In this document: positions 12,601-22,375 of the stretch, in pieces
Numbering within the stretch: the stretch's first letter is position 1
Layout of the letters: the number at the start of each line of letters is the position of its first letter
DNA from: Yuukianura sp. NJ FZ-2021
Lineage: Eukaryota
DNA length: 64,000 nucleotides
NCBI GenBank assembly: GCA_046563655.1
Contig: CM102290.1
Location: forward strand, 3,162,001 to 3,226,000
Reading direction: 5' to 3'
Notes under the pieces: model-generated
What the model saw: only the letters and a program-made list of their open reading frames with translations
Database searches by the model: none
What the model was told of the DNA's origin: nothing
Translations under genes and position numbers: made by a program

Positions 12601-14943
12601 TCCTCGTTAGAAGAATTGTTCGTCTAAAATAAAATATTCCAAGTTTAAGTTATTGAACATAAAGACAATTACGGTTAGATATGAAATGAAGCTTACATGT
12701 GCAGACTTCGCCTCATTTCTGCCTTGACGAGATTCGCGTAAGTTCCGTCTATTGAATCTAGCCGCTACTGACTTACGTGTATGCTCAATAAAGTTGTCGA
12801 TATGAGATGAAACACTGGCTGGAATTGGAACTTCAGTAACTGAACGTTGTGAGCTGGAAACTTTTGACCGTTGATTGTCTGAGAGGTTCTCTTGAGAATG
12901 GCGACGGGAGTTGTTTCTACTAGTAAATCTTGGGGTAGAGTGAGACGAATGTTGATTGGACGAGGCATGCGATCTAGAAGACTCCTTTGTGCCAAATCTC
13001 ACTGTTCTGTTTCTATTCGGAGTGACTACGTCAGATTCATCGGAAGAAGTTTCACCACGGACGTTGATAATAATCGGTCGGATTCGTTTGCGTCTAGTAG
13101 CTAACTTGTTAGCAACCGTGTATCGCATGTTTCGGAAATCTGGTGGTGATTTGGATTGAAATGCCAACTGATTGTAAATTGTGCGCTGTATATTTGGGAA
13201 TCGATTAGTCGAGGACGATGGGCGTGCTGCATTAGATGTTGTTGGAGATGAAAATGCTGGTTTGGATAATGGCGAAGTTACTCCGTTTTGTCGTTTCCAT
13301 TTGTAGACAGAGCCGGTGGTGCTAACTCGTCTGGTGCTTGGATTTTCGCGAGTATCCTGGGAAATATTGACAACTAGATTTTCAGCCACATCTTTGAATG
13401 ATTCTCGCTCTGCTGCCAGTCTCGTCTTAGAGAGCTCGATCAAAAGTTTAGCACGGAGCTGATCCTCATCTTCATAGTGTTGAAATGATGGAGAATTCAC
13501 CAGAGTAACTTTAGGAGTAGGAGTTTCGTTAGAACTTCCTGAAGGTCCAGTTGTACAAGTGACGGTTTGAGATACTGACCGGGGTGAAATCATAGAACTT
13601 GACTGGGGTTGAACATGGCGCGTGGAAATTGACAGCGATTCTGGCATACTTTGCGGTGGAATGATAGAAACTCTCTGTATCGGGACATGGGATGCTCCCA
13701 AGTGAGGAAAACTTGGTCCTGGATCAAACGACGGTGTTGCTTGATTCTGTTGATAATTGGAATTCGGAATTTGCTCGACTACGAAAGTGGTGGCAAGGTC
13801 TCGTGGTTCGTAGGTCTTTGGTAGTTTTGACTTCTCATACATCCGATCCCACTCGGCTTCATGTGAGCGACTATTTCGACTGGAACTGCTGGAATCCTTG
13901 TCATGGAGTATCCTTGCCCGGCTTCTTGTATACTTTGGAGAATATTTCGGTGGGGAGTGTATCCGTCGACGTCTGCGGCTTGGAGATCTTGAATTGGAAC
14001 GATTTCTTTCCCTGAGGAAAGGAGAAGCTCTTCTTTTCTGAGACCGTCTATCGTCAGATTCATGGCGCGAATACCCAGACCGGTTAGTTTCTGTCCTAGA
14101 ACTGTGACGACTTCGATTCCTCTCATATTCGTGAATAGGTCGAATTTCTCCTACTAACTTCACGGTTTGGGTTTTAGGTACCGTGGTAGGCGGAGACTTA
14201 GCCTTGGTATTCTTTTGCTGTCGAGCCTTCGAACTTAGCGGCCGCGCTGATGGTTCAGGGGAAGAATAATGACTGGAAGACCTTGGAGAGAGTGAGAAGT
14301 CCTTTCCAAGACGAATTGCAGGAGGCGGGGGAGGAACAATTCCAAAAGGCTTCTGTGGTTCTACCGGCTTGATTGGATCAGCCGGAGGTGGTTCTGCAGC
14401 AGTGTCCAAGCGCTCGGCTTCTTTCGTGATTTCAGATCCTTGATCGGTGATGGCAGTGGCTGAAATTGGTAAAGGCATTACTGTAGTAGGACTTGCAGGA
14501 GGTAATTCTATTTCTTCTTCGGAGAAATGCTCTTCGCTATTGCAAGGTGAAACGTCCATATAAGTGCTATCGTAATTATCCTGTTGCAGGATACCAGGCT
14601 CAACTCCAATTCCTGTATTCTGTCGAGTTAGAGTAGCTTCGAGAACGTTTCGTCTTAGTTCAAGAATTTCTAAGTCATCCACAACATCAAGTGCATCAGT
14701 TTCATCTGAGCTTATGGATTCATTATCCGAAATGGTAACAACGGGCGGTCCGGCTTTTACTGGAGGTGGAAGCACGACAACGGAGTCGGAATCCGAGACT
14801 CCATCGTTAGAAATATCTTCTACATCATCTGGTAATAATTCATGTTTGAACATTTCAGAGCTCGGTGTGTACGGATCATCATCATCATCTGTAATCTCGC
14901 CTTCGGACACGGGTGACGTAGTTGCCTCTCTTCCAGTACTCAT
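9692..14943 (-). CDS. Large (~1700 aa) low-complexity nuclear protein carrying ZFC3H1-like N-terminal motifs and a coiled coil
   Basis: Three long exons (14943-12697, 12623-10510, 10427-~9692) join in frame across GT-AG introns. Ordered motifs EGEITDDD, LEILELRRNVL, QDNYDSTYMD, EDEDQLRAKLLIELSK, IIINVRGETSSDESD and IDNFIEHTRKS resemble ZFC3H1 motifs as I recall them. The exact C-terminal exon is uncertain. Confidence 0.6.
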
Positions 14944-15264
14944 GGATACGGTATTGCTTGCCAATCTAAAAAAAATATAATCGTTTTAACAATGATGGCA
15001 TCTCTTCTATTTTAGCTCAACAAGTCTTCCATAGAATCTCACTTAATACTCAACAAAAACTATTAAATAATCTTCGTACTAATTTTACTACTATCAGCGC
15101 AAAATAACACAATAACAGCGTGGGTGCTGGGTATAATTGTTTCTTCGATCCGTACGTAGAGCGCAATGACTCATTACCAATATATACGGATGATGAGCTC
15201 CCTATGGATGATGTTCATGTTTGATAAAATACAAACCATTCGAAAGTTTCAAATTGAAACTATT

Positions 15265-15636
15265 GGTTGGATACTAGCAAACGGGGCCCAAATCAAAAAT
15301 TTTCTAAGTCCAGAAAATTTGACCTGGCGTCTCCTGACAACCTCAAAAATGACCCCTACAAAAGTTGTTGAGGTCAATGAGACGATCATTTTGACATATC
15401 GCTTATGGCTATGTGATCACCTGTTGAGGTCAAAGGTTAGGTTTTGTAAAAACCTAACCTTTGACCTATAGGCCAAACCAGTGGTCACAGAGTCGTGTGT
15501 CATATGTCAAAATGATCGTCTCATTGACCTCAACAACTTTTGTAGGGGTCATTTTTGAGGTTGTCAGGAGACGCCAGGTCAAATTTTCTGGACTTAGAAA
15601 ATTTTTCACCTGGGCCCCGTTTGCTAGTATCCAACC
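15265..15636. mobile_element. 372-bp fold-back MITE with GG termini and 8-bp TSD
   Basis: Arms of ~135 bp are nearly perfect inverted repeats (GGTTGGATACTAGCAAACGGGGCCCA ... TGGGCCCCGTTTGCTAGTATCCAACC) with a central palindrome. Exact direct repeat AAACTATT at 15257-15264 and 15637-15644. Confidence 0.88.
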
Positions 15637-16362
15637 AAACTATTTAGTAGTTAGTACATGTATGTCTTAAGACTGATTGGATTTACTATAATGGTAGAAT
15701 CTGAATACTTTACCCGTTATTTCGTTAGACTCAATTCAATCTTAAATTCCTCTTTCAACTTTCACGTGGACGACGGTAACGGTGGACGTTTCCAGGAAGT
15801 TAACGGAGAACTTCCAAAGTAAATTGGATAAACGTTTTTAACTAACGTCGTTAGTGTAACGATCATTGAACCAAACAAAGGGAAGAGATGAACACGAAAG
15901 GTGAAAATCAAAAAGTAAATTTCCTCTATCTTTAAACGTTCAAAAAATCATGTGTTTTCCGCTCACCCACCCTACGATACGACTCTGTCGCGAAATTATT
16001 GTTGTTGAAAAATATGAGGGGGAAAACGGAATATTCTTTTAACAATAAAAATAAAAATTTGTCATTTCGAACTTTAATTGTAAAATTAATATGTTAATTG
16101 TGAGTGATATCAAATAGACAGAAAACCATTACCTACTAATAAGTAACAAATAATCCCTGTTTGCAACTGAGCTGCCCTTCGTTCACTAAACACACATCAT
16201 AAAGTCAATACATTTTATTCTTCGATGCAAAATGTCATTTCACTTTTGCATACTATGACACATTTTTTCTAGACTTTTTTGCTAGCACTTGCAGTAAGCT
16301 TTTTAACTGTTTTTTTTTGTACACCGGAAGTTTGTGATCATTAAAGCTAGTAAATGAAAGAT

Positions 16363-17628
16363 TTACAAGCTCAGTTTCCGTTTGAATTGATCCAACTTTG
16401 CCAAGTTAGCATCTCTCCATTGTCTGCGGTTCGCAAGTTCCGTATTTGGAACAAGAGCTTGGAGTCCAGCATCTATATCTGCAGCAGCTTCGACTGTAAA
16501 TTTTGGAATGGCTTGAGAATCCATTGATACGTCGTAAATTGTTTGGCCATAACGTTGACAGTAATCTAAGAAACCATCAGCGTTCAATTGCGCTGTTTCT
16601 AATGGCCCCATAAAGACATAGCGCGGAGCCAGCCCTTCACGAGTTACAGTGTCAGCGTCGGCAACGCTCAAAACTCCATCCTTGACGAGGTTCCAAGTTG
16701 CGTTGAGAATTGCATATCTAAAAAAATTTACATCAATTAGTCATACTTTGCGTTCTAAATTGTAACAGTATAGAAGGAACTTACTGAACTCGAGGTTGAG
16801 CAAAACCAGTAATTTCTTTGTTAAGTACGACCGGAGCTTGACCAAGGTCAGTCAGAAGTTGACGAACCTTAGAGGTGACCTCTGGATTTGTTTTGGGATT
16901 CGGAACCAACTCGACAAGCCGAATAAAATACGGCGGATTAATCTGTATTACAAATAACAATAACTTTAGAAATTACTCAAATAAATAGTAATAAGACATT
17001 CTTTGCTTACTGGGTGAACAATCAGACTCCGCGTTTGAATTCCCAGGTCATTTACAAACTTCGATGAAGGAATGGCCGAGCTGGAGCTGCCAATAATAGC
17101 CTGTGTGTTCCCAACCTTGTTCAACACTTCGTCAATGTTAACGAAGACTGAACGCTTGACGTCTAGGCGTTCCGGAGTACATTCTTGGATATACGTGGCG
17201 TCCCGGAGGGTGTCCTCAAGAGTAGAATAACCTTAGACATGATGATAAAAAAATATTCTACGGTTAAAACGATTTTTCTTCTCACATTTTTTGGAGGCGT
17301 TCATTCACTTGAAATCTTACTTGAAATGAGCTCGGATTGCATCTTAGATGAAAGTATCTTCGAGTTCTTCAGAGTCCCATCTTCCTCCAGTTTCTCCAGT
17401 TTGTTCCGGATGTCTGTCAATGCCAAATTTACTACAACGGGATCCGTGTCATAAAGTCTGACCTGGTGACCTCCAGAGGCAAAAAGCATTGCCCAAGACT
17501 TTCCAATAAGACCGCTATAGTATGATCAAACAATAGAAAATGCAATAAGTTAATATCGCTAAAAAGCATCATCAGAGGCCGAGCAACACTTACCTCCCGA
17601 TAATGGCTACGATCTCTTTGTTTTCCAT
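16363..17628 (-). CDS. CRYL1: Lambda-crystallin homolog (L-gulonate 3-dehydrogenase, 3-hydroxyacyl-CoA dehydrogenase family)
   Basis: MENKEIVAIIGS|GLIGKSWAMLFASGGHQVRLYD Rossmann motif, QECTPE, IIGSSSSAIPSS, VHP|INPPYFIRLVELVP and REGLAPRYVFMGPLETAQLNADG. GT-AG introns. Confidence 0.93.
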
Positions 17629-17909
17629 GGTATCGATGCCTTGTGTCTAAGTTCTCAGATTCAAGTATTGTAAACTGTAAAGTTGACGCCGAAATCTCGT
17701 TCCTTTGAGATTTATGCTACCAATCTTCAGACCCCAGAAAATGGAACTGGACATTCAATTCGTCTTGGCCGGAGCAGAAGAATCTGAAACAGTCAGAGTC
17801 AGAATTTATTAGGCAATAGGTCAGAGGTTCGGATATCAAGTAAGGCCAAGCTGAACACGATAATTTGTCATGTCTTGGTGTCAAATTTATCAAAGGACTC
17901 ACTTCAGAG

Positions 17910-18170
17910 TGTGAAACAAACGATCCTCTCAACCAATAAGAACCTGAAATGAGGCACACAGAATAAGATGCTGGATACTGGTTTATTGAAAGATAAACCA
18001 GTCAATCAATAATAATACTAATATATATAAAATATGATACAAATGTTGATCCTGTGTCCTGTGTCCTCTCTCCTCGCCGTCCGCTCCAGGAGTGAAGCTG
18101 CTCCGCTCCGTCTTCCTCCTCTGGCGCTGGATCTGCTGAGTTGGGTGGTGGGGGGTGATCCTCCCTCACA
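17910..18170 (-). repeat. 3' LTR
   Basis: TGTGAGGG...TTTCACA on the minus strand, preceded by the polypurine tract. Contains a TATA-like TTTATATATA and AATAAA. Confidence 0.96.
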
Positions 18171-19202
18171 CTCTCCTCCGATTGAGCCCCTTGACCTCCT
18201 TCTGAGGGTCCTCCGACTGGAATAAGGGGTCGTCCTCGTCTCTGCATGAGTCGTCCTGGTTTCTGCATGAATGTTCCGGAATTCTGGGTCTGATGCGGGT
18301 TGTTCCGGAGATGGTTCTTCTTCTTCTGGGTGTGGTTGTGAAGTAATGACTTGTTCCGATTGAGATTCCGAATTGATGAGCTGAAGATTTTCTTGTTTGG
18401 GAACTGGAATGATTTGGAATTGTTCGTCTGGAATGAGATTGATGAGTTCATAGACAATTTCTGGGTCGGATTCTTCGTAAGTTTCACATTCAATCTCCAT
18501 GTCGCTATCTTCTGAGTCTGAATCTGAACTTGTATCGATGATTTGTCGAATTTCCGTCTCCTCTTCGCTGAAATTTTTCTCGTAGAATGGTTTTTGACTG
18601 GCGACGATTCCAAATTGTGATGGTGGGACGTTGTAGACACTTAAGAGGAGGCTGTTCGTATCTGAAATAACTCTCAGAATATCAGTTTCGTATTTGTGAG
18701 TATATTTTGTAATTTTTCGTAAGTCTTCATTTGTAATTGGTGATTTTTTAGCAATTTCTGCTATAATTTCGCTTTTTAAGATTTGGAATACTGGTTTATG
18801 GAGTTCCTTTGCTCGATACTCTGTCCACATGAATATTCTTCGAAACATAGCCTGGTAGATTTGATTTGACGTTGACATGTGCTTAGCTAACTCAGTTTCT
18901 AATGAACTTTTAGTGGGTTTTAGTAATGCTAAGCATCTTTTTGCAGAAATTGGTAACTTTTGATTTGTATTTTCGTCCGAAAACTCCTTCCTGAGGTCAT
19001 TGTTGAGCACATCGACCTCAATCTTCTCCACTAACACATTCCACAGTAAAATTAAGTAATACGTATTCAATCTGACGTATTCAAATAATTTGTTCGGTAC
19101 TCTACCGATTTTGTCTCTCGCAGACCAATCTTTCTTTGCTTGCTGTAAGTTTGAGTAACAGTATTTCTTGAGGTAACTAAAGTCAACTGGATTATTATAC
19201 AT
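18018..19202 (-). CDS. Retrotransposon accessory ORF (394 aa): RNase D/Rrp6-like Exo III segment, HRDC-like domain, acidic and Arg-rich tail overlapping the 3' LTR
   Basis: DWSAR...PNKLFEYVRLNTYYLILLW resembles the DW.xRP...YAxxDxxYL motif of DEDDy nucleases. MFRRIFMWTEYRAKELHKPVFQILKSEIIAEIAKKSPITNEDLRKI...HKYETDILRVI fits the HRDC helical pattern. Confidence 0.75.
   Translation of the reverse strand: MYNNPVDFSYLKKYCYSNLQQAKKDWSARDKIGRVPNKLFEYVRLNTYYLILLWNVLVEKIEVDVLNNDLRKEFSDENTNQKLPISAKRCLALLKPTKSSLETELAKHMSTSNQIYQAMFRRIFMWTEYRAKELHKPVFQILKSEIIAEIAKKSPITNEDLRKITKYTHKYETDILRVISDTNSLLLSVYNVPPSQFGIVASQKPFYEKNFSEEETEIRQIIDTSSDSDSEDSDMEIECETYEESDPEIVYELINLIPDEQFQIIPVPKQENLQLINSESQSEQVITSQPHPEEEEPSPEQPASDPEFRNIHAETRTTHAETRTTPYSSRRTLRRRSRGSIGGECEGGSPPTTQLSRSSARGGRRSGAASLLERTARREDTGHRINICIIFYIY
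18171..18179 (-). other. Polypurine tract (PPT)
   Basis: GGAGGAGAG on the minus strand directly abuts the TG of the 3' LTR. Confidence 0.8.
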
Positions 19203-19439
19203 TTTTACATTAGTTCACCAACTGTGACATATTCTACACTATTCTAACTTAATCTAACCCGGGGTACTAACTTAATCTATTATCTTAAACCTGCTGTCTG
19301 TAACTAACTGGTATTTTTGATCTGAGAATTTTCTTTTCTGGCTCTTTCGCTAATTGGTAATGGTTTTGAGTAACTTTCTGCCCCTTGATTTCGATTCATT
19401 TCAGACAACACTCTTTCGAATCAATATTGACACATTTTG

Positions 19440-20638
19440 TTAGCACTATTTCGATGTAAGTTGGATCATAACACTTTTTTGAGCTTTTCTCGTATGGTTT
19501 CGAACCCATATGATCAATTTCTATAAGTATTTTGTAAGTCATGACGATTGCACTCTGAACAACAGTTTGACACTAAAGTTCAATGAGGCTGACCTCTCTG
19601 ATCCATAACCTTTGTTTTTAAGGCTTCCGTATCTGCAGAATACTTCGTCCTCTAAACAATTTACTATCTTTTTTGCTGTCGTTTTTATACTGATTGAAAG
19701 CATTCCTGTCTTATTTTGAAAGTTATCGAACCTTGTTTGCTGACGAACCATACAAGTTTTGGCATAATTTGCGAGTTAGTGGTTCATGACACTTTAAGTT
19801 GAACGCACACTTAATGCTCTCAAGATCATTATTATAACTAGCACTTAAATTTTAATTCTATTATGTAATCTATTTGTTTTCCTATCTAAGTCGACATTTT
19901 CTTTTTCTGTACGTACTACGTTTGATTCATTTGATGGCAGCGCAATGTGCTCATATTCCGCGGGGCTAGACTGTTGCTCCCGGGTAAGGCCTGTATTTTC
20001 CTTAACAGATACGTTGACTTAGTCGTGAGTCCTGGCGTATCACTGGAACTATTTTGGAGATCTCATCTTTTTAGCAACTCTGTTTTTTATAACATAAATA
20101 ATTCTGACTACTGCGTCGTTTTAACAGCATAATTCTGCTTTTAGTTCGAGGACAATTGCTCGTTTCTTTCAATTTCTTGTTTTCAACCATTTTGGTTTTA
20201 GTAATTTCTTTCTGAATTCAATAATTTCTTTATCATTCTTTTACTCTTCTCGATTAAACTTTAACTAACTATACATTTGAAATTTGACAACGTGTCAGGT
20301 CATCGTCGAGCACGTCGACCTCACCTTGGGAGCATCCCTTATTTCTATTTCATCATCTACTAAATTTTGATCTGTATTAAGAGCTGTTACTGTTGCTCTG
20401 TAAACTGTTAAATGTACAACTTCGTTTTTTCCTTTTAATTTCAGGAATAACACGGCGGAAATCCCATAATCTGAACTGTCTGTCGCGGTATAAATCTTTT
20501 TGACTAATCTAAACTATGTAATGTGACATCTGCGCACATTGTCTTTTTTAATTTTTTAAATTCTTGAATACTAAATTTTAAATACTAAATCGCTGCAATA
20601 ATTATGGAGTAAATTGAGACTTGGTGGGACTCTGTCCC
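19440..20638 (-). pseudogene. Heavily deleted pol remnant (RNase H start and integrase fragments; no protease or RT visible)
   Basis: ~20575-20410 reads QEFKKLKKTMCADVTLHSLD*SKKIYTATDSSDYGISAVLF (gypsy RNase H TDAS motif, with a stop). ~19770-19620 reads NYAKTCMVRQQT and TTAKKIVNCLEDEVFCRYGS (integrase zinc-finger end and core fragments). Confidence 0.82.
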
Positions 20639-22375
20639 TTAGTAATTTAAATATTGATTTTCCTGGCTGTTTCCGTACTGGGGAGGAACATCGTCGAGCA
20701 CGTCGTTCCTCTTATAACCTCTACTGGTAAAAATTGGCATTGTATTTGGAGAAAAATCTTCGTGACTTTGGTCTCTGTGACTATTTTGTTGACGTGAGAT
20801 AGTGGAAAATTCTTGTCCTTGACCTTGGAGATTGACTTCTCGAGGATTATACGTCATCGCAACTGCGTTTACGTTCGGACAATCTCGAACAAAATGACCA
20901 CCCTGGTGGCATACAAAACAGGTTAACTCTTCGTTCTGTTGCGTAAAATCTCTGTTCTGACTTTCAAACTCTTGCGGCCGTTGTTGGTATGTACGTCTTC
21001 CTTTGTAACCGTGAACTCTATTATTTTGAGAATAAAAATTTTGATCTTTTGTCAAGTACTCTGGGGTGTTATTCCATTGTCTGATCACATAGGAATTGCC
21101 TCTAGAAGTTGGACCTGTGTATGTCCTATAACTCTGAGTTTCACTTGGTTGAATTTCATTGTTTTGAAAATTTTGAGAATTTTGAAAATTTTGACCTCTT
21201 TCCTGATTTCCGTGATAATTTCCTCGATTACTGTTCCCTCTGTATGTGTTGTTTTGAAATTTGGGATTTTTTGACTCTGTAGCGTTAGAATCTGTTTTCT
21301 GAGCTGAATTAAGTTCACTCTGCTCTACTGGAATAGTATTAACATGAGGAATTGGGATATACGTTTTCGTTCGTTTAGCCTCTGATCTCAAATCGTAAAT
21401 GACTCTTTTCGCTTCATTAATTAAATCCGTCGGTGTCCAGCTAGCACTATAGCCAATCAATGTCCGAATTGTAGGATACAGAGCGTCTCTGCATCTCCGT
21501 ACAATGACGTGTGTCTCTTCTTTTGGATTCACCTGATGACTTAGAGTAACCATTTCCCATACAAATGACTCTACAGACTCCGTGACTTTCTGTTTTCTGG
21601 TTAATAACAACCTTGCTCTGAATTCTTTTTCTGCGACTGAATCGTATTTGGCTATAAACGCTTTTTTAAACTCTGACCAAGTTTTTATGTCGTCTCTGAC
21701 ATTATCGAACCATGATTTGACCTCCTTTGTCATAATCGTTCTGATCAAGTACAAATACTTGTCTTTTGTATAATTTTGGCTTTGAAAGTACGACTCTACA
21801 TCATGTAAATAAGAAACAGCTGTTCGCTTTCGGTAGTCGTAGACTGGAATAGGAATATTCGGGTTAATACCCGTAATAACGTAGTTGACCTTTGGCATTC
21901 GATTTTTCTTTCTTGTCTCTACTTCACTTTCATCATCGCTACTTTTCTCTTCATCATAATCATCTGAATCTTTTTCTTGGTCTGAGACGTCGACTGAACT
22001 CACGTCGCCTCTGACATTTTTCTTTTTAGGAATTTTATCCAACCACTTTTTGAAATCTGACCATGTGTCTAAACCCGCTTGTTCTAGACCTAATTGTCTA
22101 ATGACTCGTTTCGGTATGTTCTGCTGACCTGTTTGTTCTGGTGAGATACTGGCTCTGGCTGCTACTGTAGCACGACTTGCACCTGGATTAGCTTGAGTCA
22201 TAACGTTCTGCGTTACATTAGAATTTGGCGGACGTTGACCTTGTTCTCTAATTCTGTCTCTATTATTTGCACGTTCGTCTCTAGTGCTGACATGTGATCT
22301 AGGTGGTCTATGAGGTGGTACGTTCGGTTCTTCATTTTCAGTATCATCAACTGTGTCTTGTTCATGATCACTCAT
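20639..22375 (-). CDS. gag: Gag polyprotein (578 aa) with capsid-like region and CCHC zinc knuckle
   Basis: VKSWFDNVRDDIKTWSEFKKAFIAKY and RKQKVTESVESFV (retrotransposon gag / major-homology-region pattern), plus a CFVCHQGGHFVRDC knuckle. The ORF is uninterrupted. Confidence 0.93.
   Translation of the reverse strand: MSDHEQDTVDDTENEEPNVPPHRPPRSHVSTRDERANNRDRIREQGQRPPNSNVTQNVMTQANPGASRATVAARASISPEQTGQQNIPKRVIRQLGLEQAGLDTWSDFKKWLDKIPKKKNVRGDVSSVDVSDQEKDSDDYDEEKSSDDESEVETRKKNRMPKVNYVITGINPNIPIPVYDYRKRTAVSYLHDVESYFQSQNYTKDKYLYLIRTIMTKEVKSWFDNVRDDIKTWSEFKKAFIAKYDSVAEKEFRARLLLTRKQKVTESVESFVWEMVTLSHQVNPKEETHVIVRRCRDALYPTIRTLIGYSASWTPTDLINEAKRVIYDLRSEAKRTKTYIPIPHVNTIPVEQSELNSAQKTDSNATESKNPKFQNNTYRGNSNRGNYHGNQERGQNFQNSQNFQNNEIQPSETQSYRTYTGPTSRGNSYVIRQWNNTPEYLTKDQNFYSQNNRVHGYKGRRTYQQRPQEFESQNRDFTQQNEELTCFVCHQGGHFVRDCPNVNAVAMTYNPREVNLQGQGQEFSTISRQQNSHRDQSHEDFSPNTMPIFTSRGYKRNDVLDDVPPQYGNSQENQYLNY

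Noticed and set aside
10720..14980. Many plus-strand ORFs of 60-135 aa
   Set aside because: Antisense shadows of the long minus-strand exons.
15166..15670. ORFs of 101 and 69 aa
   Set aside because: They lie across a palindromic MITE and are mirror products of its arms.
18002..18640. 212-aa overlapping ORF in the retroelement
   Set aside because: Alternative-frame shadow of the 394-aa ORF over low-complexity sequence, with no recognisable motif.
18018..19202. env gene
   Set aside because: No signal peptide, no evident furin site followed by a fusion peptide, and no ectodomain cysteine pattern. The motifs point to HRDC/RNase D instead.
20525..20543. Possible sixth copy of the element hairpin (GACAAUGUGCGCAGAUGUC)
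   Set aside because: The inner stem is incomplete, and the sequence is explained by RNase H-remnant codons.
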